Below, piece by piece: positions 53,715 to 64,000 of a DNA stretch of 64,000 bases. How positions within the stretch are numbered: position 1 is the stretch's first letter; each line of letters opens with the position of its first letter. A program made the position numbers and the translations under genes. Source of the stretch: Camelus dromedarius (taxonomy: Eukaryota); assembly GCF_036321535.1 (NCBI RefSeq), contig NC_087437.1:105340001-105404000 (forward strand), in the 5' to 3' direction. The notes under the pieces were generated by a model. That model had not been told where the DNA came from, searched no databases, and saw only the letters and a program-made list of their open reading frames with translations.

Positions 53715-53956
53715 AGATATAAGAGCGATCTGGCTGCGACATCTGTTACCCCATTGATCGCCAGGGTTGATTCGGCTGATCTGGCTGGCTAGGCGGGTGT
53801 CCCCCTCCTCCCTTACCACTCCATGTGCATCCTTCCCAAAGCTGTGGGCTGGTTTGAAGAGGATGGCCATCCCCGATAGAGGAGGACCGTTCTTCTCGGT
53901 CAAGGGTGTACGAGTAGCTGCGTTCCCCTGCTAAAATCTCCAAACAAGCTCTCAAG
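53715..53956 (+). pseudogene. RN7SK: 7SK snRNA retropseudogene, nt ~1-240, tailless
   Basis: GCGATCTGGCTGCGACATCTGT.ACCCCATTGATCGCCAGGGTTGATTCGGCTGATCTGGCTGGCTAGGCGGGTGTCCCC...CAAACAAGCTCTCAAG matches 7SK as recalled; direct repeat TCTCAAGAAAAATGACC at 53698-53714 and 53950-53966; no 3' hairpin, no poly(A). Confidence 0.97.
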
Positions 53957-54559
53957 AAAAATGACCTGTACCAAGTCAATTGTTGCTAAAGCTAATATTG
54001 CTAAATATTGCTCAATATGACCACATTTGTCTTGTTAATCCCTGATACTAACATAAAAACTTTAAGGAGAATTTCTTGCTAAATATGTTAAATATGTTTT
54101 CAAACTAATCTGGTGATACATGATTATTAACAAGTTCTAAAACATTCTTTCAGGAAGTGAAAAGGAAAAGAAAACCAAATATGATTTGGTTCACAGAATT
54201 GTTCGTTAGATAGCAATGATAGCTTACATAAATTTAAGCCTCTACTTTGTATAATGGCAGCTTGGGGAATATTAATCATTTTCAGTTCAGAGAAACCATT
54301 TATAAGTAAAAACAATTACTTTAAAGATACAAATAACAAAGGAACATTTAAAAAAAATAACAATTTCAACAATTTTAAATTTGAAAGCTCCCAAAGGCAA
54401 TCAACAACTTGAAAGGGATGCATGAAAATAGTTACTTTATGAGTAACTATGGCAAGTTTTGTTGCCTTTTTGATAGGGGTATGAAAGAGGAACTTAAAAG
54501 TAACTGGGAAATTATTAAAGTGAAAGATCTTAGAAGGGCTAAGATAATAAATTCTTTAC

Positions 54560-55245
54560 GCATTCTGGGATGGAAAAGCCAGAAGCCCAGTGAAAATTAA
54601 AAGCCTGGGAGGCTTGAAAACTTGCTGTGGCTGTGAATGTATTCTTTAATCCACATATATCTCAACTGGAGGAAAGCCTAACTGACTTGAATAGTCTGAG
54701 CACAGTCTGAAAATCCTTGCCTAACCCTGAACCATACCTGTGCGGGCGCCATCACTGTGGAGTCCATCAACAGAGACATCAACCAACAATTGTAAATATG
54801 AGGGATGTAAATTGAAAAATTTGAGTCCAGACATGTTAATTGCATAAGCAGATTAGGATTTGATTACCTTCAAAGAAAGCAGAATAAATTTATTAAAAAA
54901 AAATGCCCAATCTTCAACAAAAAAATTACTAGACCTGTAAAGCAATGAGGAAGTGTGACTCTTATTCTGAAAAGCAGCAGTCAACATTAACTTTACTGAG
55001 GCCCAGAGGCTAAGTTTAAGAGCCGATACTTCAGAGTTTCTGTTAGTAATTAAAAGAATCAAAGTAAAAAAATGGTGAAAATTAATTCACAGATCAGAAA
55101 TCTCAATTTAATAAGGCAACTAATCTTATTGAAAATTTAAAGATGAAAAATACAATACATTGTATTAAATTGAGTGAAAGTACAATAATGACATATTTAT
55201 TAGATAAGTCTAATAAAGATTTAAGATGACAGAATAAAAAATGCA
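54560..55245 (+). mobile_element. Very old L1M 5'/ORF1 relic
   Basis: A-rich ORF1-like text (CAGATCAGAAATCTCAA, AGATGAAAAATACAATA, GATTTAAGATGACAGAATAAAAA). Confidence 0.5.
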
Positions 55246-55614
55246 TTCTCCCCAAGAATATAAGATCCCCTGATGCATAGTAAGGTCTTAAAAATATGTA
55301 TTTATTGAATGGATGAATGATTAATAAAGGCCTAAGGAATTTTACTGGGGTGGTGTTTACTTAGTAAGCACACTGTTCTTACTTAGAGTGTATATTCATT
55401 GTATGTATATTCATGGAGTTGAGAAGGTAACTAGTGGTATATGAGCACCACCACCAAGGACATCCTTTGTCCTGTCATATGTATAGAAAGAAAAGAATGT
55501 TTTTGCCCAACTCTAATATACTGTACTATTCTCTCTTTAAAGACTACCAGTAGTATCTTTTCATGGGGATGTTTCAAGAAAATTTAATGCATGTACTTGC
55601 ATCTAAAGTTCATT

Positions 55615-56225
55615 TCTTTCAGCTTTACTGTAACAAAATTTACATAAAATAAAATTCATTCATATAAAGTGTTCAGTTTGATGAATTCTGATAGATGTAA
55701 AAGTGTGACCACCACCACGATCCGGTTTTAGAGGACTGCCATCACCCCCGGGTGTTCTTTCATACACTTTTGCAGTCAATTCATCCTCTGAACCCCGGTC
55801 TCTAGTGATGAATCACCAGATTACTGTCAGTATAGTTATTCCTCATATGGTTTTATCTAAAGAAAAGCATACAATATGTAGCTCTTGGTGTCTGGCTTCT
55901 CACTTAGTATCAGTTTGTTTAGATGTATCATGTTATTGTTTATCAGTAGACTGGTTTTTACTTCTGGGTAGCAGTCCATGGTGTGGATATACCACATTTT
56001 GTTTATTCACTTATTAGTTGGATACTTCAGCTGATTCTTTTGGGGCAGAGCTCTTATGAGTGCAATTTTGATGAATATTCATTTGCATGTCCTTATATGA
56101 ACATAGTTTTATTTCTCTTGATTATATAGGTAAGAGTACAAATGCTTAGTCATGTAGTAATTTTGTGTCTAAATTAAAAACCACAAGGGCCAAACTGTTT
56201 TCAAAATCATGCTACCATTCTCATC
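55615..56225 (-). mobile_element. L1MC/ME 3' end
   Basis: CAGCTTTACTG...AAGTGTTCAGTTTGATGAATTCTGA...TGGATATACCACATTTTGTTTATTCA. Confidence 0.85.
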
Positions 56226-56514
56226 TGAATCATCTAAGTGGAAACAGCCAATATGACATCTTAAGGCAGTTCCTGATGGTTGTCAGATTTGTTCAGTGGG
56301 AAAACTGGAGTGGGAGGTCTGGATTCAACCACGTTAGCATTGAAGATTTGCATTATTCTGATGCTTGGAATACTTTGATAGTGGCCTAATTAAATACTGC
56401 ATGGATCAAATTTGACAGCTATGGTTTAATTCCACGTCAGTCAAATCCGCTGGAGGTCTGATGTATTCATGAGGAAATTTCCAGAAGCCAAGACCGTAGA
56501 AATGAGGGGGTGAG

Positions 56515-57033
56515 TATTAGGGGGGAGATGATTTCCTATTTGTCTTTCATGTTACTGCATGTCTTCCCAGCCAGGGACATCAGCAATTTTATTCCAGACT
56601 ATTTTTTGAATCATATTTGGTGTAGCAAACAACCTTGGAAGGTAGAGGTAATGCCCCCCTCAGGGACAGAGGCAGATGTGTATCCTGACCAGGATGATAT
56701 GGATAGTGTCTCTGTCCAGGGCAAAGATTGAGCATGTTGGCCAGCAGCACATTTTAAGACTGGAGATCAGGCATTAGGGGCTCCTCAGCTGTGACACAAG
56801 CCTGCTGTGTGTTTGGCATCACCTCTGCCACTTTACATCATCCCCATGACACTTGGAGGCAAAGAGAACAGATGAAACATGAAACTTAGGTTGTCTACTG
56901 TGTTGTGAGTAAAAATGTCTTCACCTCTGACCCAGGGGTCTAAGTCTTCTGCCAGCACCTATGGACCCAATGTCACAGTAACTTACCAGCATGTAAGTAA
57001 AGGAGATTCTCAAACCTGTCACAGTTCTTGACA
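56515..57033 (+). mobile_element. ERVL-class LTR, same group as 31641-32123
   Basis: ATTCCAGACTATTTTT...AACAACCTTGGAAGGTAGAG...CTCTGACCCAGGGGTCT...CACAGTTCTTGACA. Confidence 0.7.
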
Positions 57034-57034
57034 T

Positions 57035-57250
57035 CCTGATATCATGGAGCTCTTCTTCCAGAATGGGGAGATAGACACTTATGCACTAATGAATTGGATA
57101 TTAGTCTTTCAAGTGACACAATACTGTGAAAAAGAATAATGCATAATAAGGAGGATTGAATGATGGCAGTGCTATTTCATATAAGATGGTCCGACACTGA
57201 ACAGAGGCTTAAAGAAATAAGAGTATGAGTTATGAGAATATTCCAAACAG
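57035..57250 (-). mobile_element. L2 fragment
   Basis: CATGGAGCTCTTCTTCCAGAATGGGGAGATAGAC...TGAACAGAGGCTTAAAGAA. Confidence 0.6.
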
Positions 57251-57980
57251 ATGGCTGCTTCTTTACGTAAATCCTCAGATTGTTTTAGTTGGAAATATTT
57301 TGTACTGTTTGAATTTGGTTAATCCGATGCATGTATATTAGCTTTCTCAAAAACAAACAAACCAAACTAAAATTCAACTTAGTGGCAAAAAATAAAACAG
57401 ACTGAAAAGGCTTCGTGGAGGGTCAGCTAAAATGCAGTCATTCTAGATGGATAACTACTGAGAAATCTAAGCAAGTGCGTGATGAAATTGATTTTGCCAT
57501 TGTTAAAAATAAAATATTTTTCTTAGATATTTTTTCTATGTCCTAATTTATATCCTCAGGTTTCAGTTTATATTTAGTTGATAAATTTGTGTCTTCAAAA
57601 TGATGTGATTAACATGTGTGGTCTTATTTTGAGTATATAAAATTACCACACTAATACAAGACACACTCTGCTCCTCCTATTCTTATTAGGTGAAATTGCA
57701 CTTTTTGGAATAAGTCTCAGTAAGAATATTTTCCCTCTGTTTTGTGGCAGGGAGAAGAGTGATTATTGGACAAAACCTCAGATCCCAGGGCATAGAAGCT
57801 ATTGGATTACAGTTGTAAATTTCACTACATTTTCTGCATTCTGATATACATAAGATATTGCCAGATCATTATTACTGTTTTGAGCAAGTGAGTTTTCATA
57901 GGGTTGATGGTATTTTGTATCATATATGCTATTTGTCATGACTGTTTTTTGTTTTGCTTTGTTTTAAGAAAGTAAATGTA

Positions 57981-58130
57981 CAAGTGGTAGAGCATATACT
58001 TAGCATGCACAAGGTCCTGGGTTCAATCCCCAGTACCTCCTCTAAAAATTAATAAGTAAGCTGAATTATTCCCTCCCCCCAAAATATATAATAAAAGCCA
58101 TATTTCCATATACTTAAAAAAAACAGCAAA
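57981..58130 (+). mobile_element. tRNA-derived SINE, camelid type, 5'-truncated
   Basis: CAAGTGGTAGAGCATATACTTAGCATGCACAAGGTCCTGGGTTCAATCCCCAGTACCTCC (B box GGTTCAATCC), A-rich tail, degenerate TSD AAAGTAAATGTA / AAATTAAGTGTA. Confidence 0.85.
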
Positions 58131-60969
58131 AAATTAAGTGTATAAGATATTTTATAATCTTAGTTCTATTGTTAAATTCTAAGATTATTTAGCATTTTAT
58201 CATATTCACAATGCATTTATTCACTAATTTTACATTTCTTTTTATAAAGACTTGTAAATGTATTGACCTATTTATCTTCCACTGCAAAGCTTTAGATATT
58301 TAAAATTCTTCTTGCTTAGTTCCTTAAAACTGAAGATAATTTTTCATATAAAACATGAGATGATAAGAATATAATGAGAATTTGAAGAAATAAGCAATTT
58401 GTTTTTAAGAGGAAATGCTTTATGACTTATATTGAATCTGTTATCCTAAAATACATGCTTTTGGCTGAAATGAACATGGATGATGAATGATAAATCTCAT
58501 TCACCGTGGGCCACTTACATATTTCAATCCTGGGTATCTTAATGATATAAAAAAAAACTGTTTAAATCTGTTTTACTTTTTAAAGATGTCCTATTAAATA
58601 TGTTACAGAATTTGGAAGTTTTAGTATTTGAGTAGAACACACAGATCCCTTTCCTCTAACACACACACACACACAATTTAAATTTTTTAACAAAATTAAC
58701 AGAAATGACCAATTAGTATTTTACCAATGCAAACTAGCAGAGTTCAAGTGCTTATGATGTCACCTCGCTGATTCATCTGGAAGTAGGCTGGCATTGATAT
58801 ATATGTTTTCTGCCCTAAAGTGGTGAAGAAGTAGACTACTCAGGGCAATTTGGTGGGAAAAAAAGTGAAGAACTGGAAAACTCTTGCCAAGACCCCCTGA
58901 TCTGTGGAGCTGACATGCTTCAGCTCTTGGTAAACTTTCCTCTCTGCTCTCCATACATCAAACGATGGCTGAACATCTCCTGCATCTCGGAGTATCTTCA
59001 TGCTTTTATTAAATTTTGGAGTCTTTCAAACTCTCTCTTTTCTCTGTGGTAAATGCCTATTCTGGGTTTTTGTAGTTGTAAAAGGATGTCACTCTCAATA
59101 GCTAATGAATCTAGTCACCTGATTCTAAGTCATATTGGATGCTAAGTCTACTAGCCCCTAAGAAGCAGTCTCATCCCAGAACTCTCTGTCACTGGCTCCT
59201 CTTTGGGGGTCATTAACTAAGAGAAAATAGTAAATGGAATAGTATTCCATAGAAAGTCAGAGATAATGAAAAATGCATGAACTATACTCTAGATGAAAGG
59301 AGAGCAGCTTCAGTGTGTTGAGGTCCAAGAATAAAAAGCTATAAAGGAGAACAACTGGGAGGGAGAAATTGAACTGGCGTTTTTTGTGAGAACAACAAGA
59401 TGAAGTTTGTGTTCTATCCAGGAGGTTATTCCAGTTTCTGTATGATGACACTCTGTGTGGTACAAGGATGCAGTGTTTTGCAATTCCTTTATGGTCTTTT
59501 TATTGCTCTCTATGAGTTGTTTAGATTATCGAGTAAAACTGAGCATTTGTTTTACATTTCTGACAATGGAAAAAGCTTAGCAAGCATAAAGTTGTACAAA
59601 TTTGGGAAAGCAAGGGAATTTTAGATTGTAGGTAAAAAGAGATAAACATATATCTGGCACATGCAATGAGGCATACTGAAATAAATACTGTTTGTTCAAA
59701 ATTCCAAAGTTGTAATTTATCATACATTGACTAATTCTACAAAGACACAAATAATCACTTTGTAATTCTACAAAGACACAAATAGATGGTGGTGGTATGT
59801 GACTAATTAATCTAAAATCTGAGGAAGTAATTGAAATCTGTGTATGTGTGTCTGTGTGTATACACATCTATATAACCTCATCATTCTGGAAACAGTGTGC
59901 TGAAGTGACCTGGGCACAGTGCTAGAAGTATGAAGACAAGGTGAAGATAAGAAGAAATAATATAATCATATTAATTATATAATAATTTTTATCAATGTTA
60001 ATTTTGGCAATTGAGAATAAATAAATATTCTCATGATAATTCTAGGTGACTTAGGGTCCAGATAAACCTGAAATGTAATTGAGTTGATAGATTGACAAGT
60101 TGTCCAATTACCTAAGCTACGGCTCCATTCTGTCTTCTGTTTCCTCATCCTGGTCATTCTCTCTGCCACAACGCCTGTCAATCAAGCCTTCTCCACTCTC
60201 GCTTTCAAGTTCAGAAAAATAGCTTATTGCTTTTTCCCTCTTAATTCCATAGAAGGAATGGAATTTTTTTGTTATTAGCCCCAGAACTGCAATAATACTT
60301 TTGGTTTAATAAATCTTACACTTTGATATATTAAACTATCTTCAAATAACCCAATTGATTCTTGCCATCTGTTTCTTGCCAGGACTGAAATAGAGTAATG
60401 GACCATGATATCACACATCCACTGAGAACTAAGTAATTTGGTCAATTGGGATAATAAATAATTTTGAAGGAAAGTGAATAATTTTTTTTTCTGGAAGTGG
60501 TTCTGAGAAAAAATATAAAAGTAATAACAGAATAAAATAGTAAAAAAAAACTGTAATCTCTTTGAAAAATATTTTGACTTTTTTTGGTATTATAAAGTGC
60601 CAAGATGAATATGACATTCTAGGAGTACAACGTTCCTTTAGGAAGACGTTATCCTTTTTTGTTTCCATGACTACCTGTTTAAAGAGTAGGAGTCTCTTCA
60701 AATATGGTATTTTCCTTCTACTCCAATGAGACCGCTCTCTTGATAACTCTGCATCTTCTCAGCACTGCTCTATTCATTTCACAGGCACCTGTTTTCAGAA
60801 CAAAGCCAGGGGTGCACATATGTTTTACTCTTTATTTTACCTACATTAATCCTGAAACTAGAAATAAGTATTTTAACTACAATTAAGATAGTGAAAATAC
60901 ATGGTTTAAACCCTGCCTTTCACTCCATTTCAAAAATTCCCCAAAGACTTGTATAGATATGTCACTAAA

Positions 60970-61120
60970 CTGATTACCAGATGGCCACAAGGAACATAAA
61001 AGGGTGCTGGATGTCAGCAAGAAAATGTAAACTAAAACCACAATGTGATACCAATACATGCTTATCAGAATCACTGAAGAGAAACAGCCACAAAAATCAA
61101 GTGCGGGCTAGAACGTGAAG
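60970..61120 (+). mobile_element. L1ME fragment
   Basis: GAAAATGTAAACTAAAACCACAATGTGATACCA...ATCAGAAT. Confidence 0.6.
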
Positions 61121-61307
61121 AACATTTACTTATTTTCCTTCTGAGCTTTTCCTGTTTCCTCCAACTAAGCCAAATAAAGTGTTTGTTTGTTTTTTAATCT
61201 CCACTGTAATGACAGAGTCAGGAGCACACTGGAGTTTCAGAGGACATTCAGCCAGTTCCTGATTGACTCACAGTCCCATTTGTTTGGGACATCAGTTCAT
61301 TTCTCAT

Positions 61308-61311
<4 letters not shown>

Positions 61312-61345
<34 letters not shown>

Positions 61346-61365
61346 AAACACACACACACACACAC
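61312..61365. repeat. Interrupted (CA)n microsatellite
   Basis: About 26 CA units with two interruptions. Confidence 0.95.
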
Positions 61366-62226
61366 TTCTGCAAATCTCATTGTTCTAGGTGTCAGTTTAT
61401 GTGATTGTGAGTAAAGTAAGAGAATGACTCCAAGGTATGTGGAAACTCCTAGAGCTGAGAGAGATCAACTTATCCTAATGTAAGGAACCTCACTTGTTCG
61501 GTCAGGCTAAAGGTTGCCGGGAGTTGCTGAACAAACAATGGGCCACCTGCTTGGTATAGGCAGAAGAGAAAGCAATCAGCCTCCAGTGGTGTGACTGGGC
61601 ATGCAGTGAGATTCCAGGGGAGCGCAGAAAGCCTTCAGAGCATGAAGTTGTGCAGGGGCTGCAGAAGATGTGGCAGCCTCCTAATGACTCCCTGAGCCAC
61701 CAGCAGCTACTCGTGGGCTCCACTGAGGTCTGTGGAACCCACAAGCTGGTCAGAGGCCCTGGTCTCAGAAGGATAAGGGCTGTGAAAAGGTGATTTCCAT
61801 GCTGAGGCTGCAGGGTCAGAGGGCAGAGTTACCAGATTAATAGTCTCTTCTTGGCAGGCTCCACTGGATGCCTTCATGCCCACAGAGCAGGACCCTCTCA
61901 CCCCCAAAATGGCAGGACCACCTCTTTTTCCTGAAATGTTCCTCCTTTGGTCTCCCCTAAGGATGTTTAACATCCTATTTACTTTAAAGGGTTAATACTT
62001 AAAGGAATTTCTTTGTTTATCACAGAGCATATATGAAGGGTACTCTTAGACCGAAGGGGCAATCAACTGACAAAGTGATACAGGAAGCCACCCAGAATTC
62101 TCAGTTTCAGCTAGTGAGCAGCATGGAACCACAGTAGTTGTACTGTGTTTGTCAACTGGTTAGAACTAGTTTTTCCTTTCATAGCTCTAAAGAAAGAAGG
62201 GAGGAAAGAAAAAGAGTGAAGGAATA

Positions 62227-62591
62227 TGTATTAGCTTTCAGGGAAGCCTTAACAGAGTACCACGGGCATTCATTTTCTCACAGCTCTGGAAGCTTGAAGT
62301 CTGAGATCAACATGTCAGCAGGCCTGATTCCTTCTGAGGTCTCCCTCCTTGGTTTGTAGACGGTAACGTCCTCTCTGTGTCTTCACATGGTTTTCCCTCT
62401 GTGAATGTCTGTGTCCTAATCTCCTCTTCTTATAAATATACCAATTTTGTTGGATTAGCACCCATGTATATGACCTCATGTTATTTAATTAGCTTTCTAA
62501 AAACTATCTACAAATAAAATTACATGCTGAGATACCAGGAGTTAGAATTTTAACATAGAAATCTTAAGGATACACTATTTAACCCATAACA
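62227..62591 (-). mobile_element. MaLR solo LTR, MLT1B-like
   Basis: TGTATTAG...CTCACAGCTCTGGAAGCTTGAAGTCTGAGATCAA...TGTCCTAATCTCCTCTTCTTATAA...AACCCATAACA. Confidence 0.9.
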
Positions 62592-63675
62592 TAACTATTT
62601 CTGTAATGATAAACAATTCTGTAATGATCTATTTAATATATATCCACTAATTCAATCACTAACTCTTACTCTGACATTATCTTCCCAGGTATTGGAATTT
62701 CCATCCCCATTTTCATTCCTGCCATCAGGGTGGGAAACGGCTTGATGGCAGTCATACTTTCACTGAGACAGTTAATATTCCATTACATTTAAGTCATTTT
62801 CTTTTACAAATTACTTTTAGTTTATTTTCAAATTCACTTTCCCCAAAGGATGGGACGATGTAGTCAAATAGCATTCAACCAGCATTGAAGACGGGCAAGA
62901 ATATAACTCAACCTTGTTGATCTCCATTATAAAAACATGTCTAAAATGTTCAGAGTACTAAGAAGAATGGTAATACAATTAAAATTATCTAAAGGTAATA
63001 CATGAAATACAATCTTGGAATTAAGGATAGTCGTGATATTGGCAAAACATGGGAGATAGCTTTGTAGGAATATGAAGTATATAATTTTACCAATATAATA
63101 ATAAATAATCAGTTAATCATTCTACAATCTTGGTTTCCATCCTAGGGAACCCTTCATAAGTAGTGAATCTTTCTTTCCTTGTTCCATAAACCTTCTCATG
63201 GAAGTGGAGAGAGTTAAATCTCTTCAAAGTAATATCTATTAGTCCTGTTGCTGGGGTTAATCTTTCACAGACTCTGAACAAAGAGTATTTGGTTTCCTTC
63301 TTGTCCTCCCTACTTGGAAAGCTGGAGAGCAGTTGTTTGAATAAGTCGTTTTATTGAGCTTTATTTAGCTTTCTTCTCTGGTAGAACATTCCAAGATTTG
63401 CTAAGAGTGAAGAGTCAACAAGCTTGCCTGGCTCTTAAACAGGCTTATTTTGAACCCTAGTGTTGGTCATTATTAAAGAGATACTTTTGTTCTCTAGGTT
63501 ATTTTTGTCTTATTCCTTGACTGACTTAGAACTCAAGTGCAGAGAAAGATTTGTCATTTATGTACCTCAGGCTCTTAATAATTATCTATGATTTCTGGCC
63601 CCCAAAGTTCAAATGAAAAATGAAAAGACCTATAACACATACAATATAACAACAGGGTTAGAACTTTACGGTTTT

Positions 63676-63697
63676 TGTTGTTGTTGTTGTTGTTGTT
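63676..63697. repeat. (TTG)n microsatellite
   Basis: About 7 TTG units. Confidence 0.9.
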
Positions 63698-64000
63698 TAA
63701 ATTTCACAATAGCAGCATTTCTTTCAGAATTTACAGGAAGACATGATTTCTTTCAAGATAAATAGAGCTTAGGTGGGAACAAAGATCCTTGGCAAATTAC
63801 TCTGGAAGCTGCTATATCAACCAAAAATTATTAAAAATTTGATTGCTAAAAACACTCCTAGGATAATTGCTTAGCAAATACTTGATAAATTAAGTTTTTC
63901 TGTATGATTCCCTGAACTCTGCTTTTTTTCCCCTAAAGATGATGATCTCTTTAATTTATCTCATAGTTTGTTATTTATATAATTTTATTAATTATGATCT

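Noticed and set aside
53715..53956. Functional 7SK gene
   Set aside because: 3' ~90 nt and the U-tract are missing, CpG decay is evident, it is flanked by a TSD, and no upstream Pol III promoter elements were seen.
57981..58040. tRNA gene
   Set aside because: Has a B box but lacks the 5' acceptor strand and continues into a SINE tail.
59732..59784. CRISPR-like repeat-spacer
   Set aside because: Only two repeats, a 9-bp spacer, mammalian context and no cas genes.
1..64000. ORF-track entries as protein-coding genes
   Set aside because: All are 141 aa or shorter, many start at non-ATG codons, many lie inside repeats, and none resembles a cellular protein I know. The only recognisable peptides are L1 ORF1/ORF2 relics.
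1..64000. Host-gene orientation from repeat strand bias
   Set aside because: L1 and LTR relics occur on both strands in similar numbers, so no transcription direction can be inferred.

Overview
AT-rich placental-mammal genomic DNA, most likely a camelid (camel/alpaca-type tRNA-derived SINE at ~57.98 kb, cetartiodactyl-type L1 3' ends, no Alu/B1/Bov-A/PRE-1 seen). I find no convincing protein-coding exon. The listed ORFs are short chance frames or decayed L1 ORF1/ORF2 pieces. The window looks intergenic or deep-intronic and is roughly half interspersed repeats: L2, MIR, L3/CR1, old L1M, MaLR (MLT1), ERVL and ERV1 LTRs, MER20 and a Tigger. Most notable: (1) a ~870-bp piece of ERV1 internal sequence copied in inverted orientation 5.5 kb from its donor (44790-45663 vs 51119-52035), with patchy identity and a ragged junction; (2) a tailless 7SK retrocopy truncated at nt ~240 inside a perfect 17-bp direct repeat that overlaps 7SK sequence; (3) a degenerate ~70-bp palindrome resembling ancient amniote hairpin elements; (4) a mini-L1 joining the 5' end directly to late ORF2; (5) three ERV1 solo LTRs within 4.3 kb. 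I cannot support a wholly new biological system here. Repeat family names come from recalled consensus motifs, and boundaries without a TSD are approximate.
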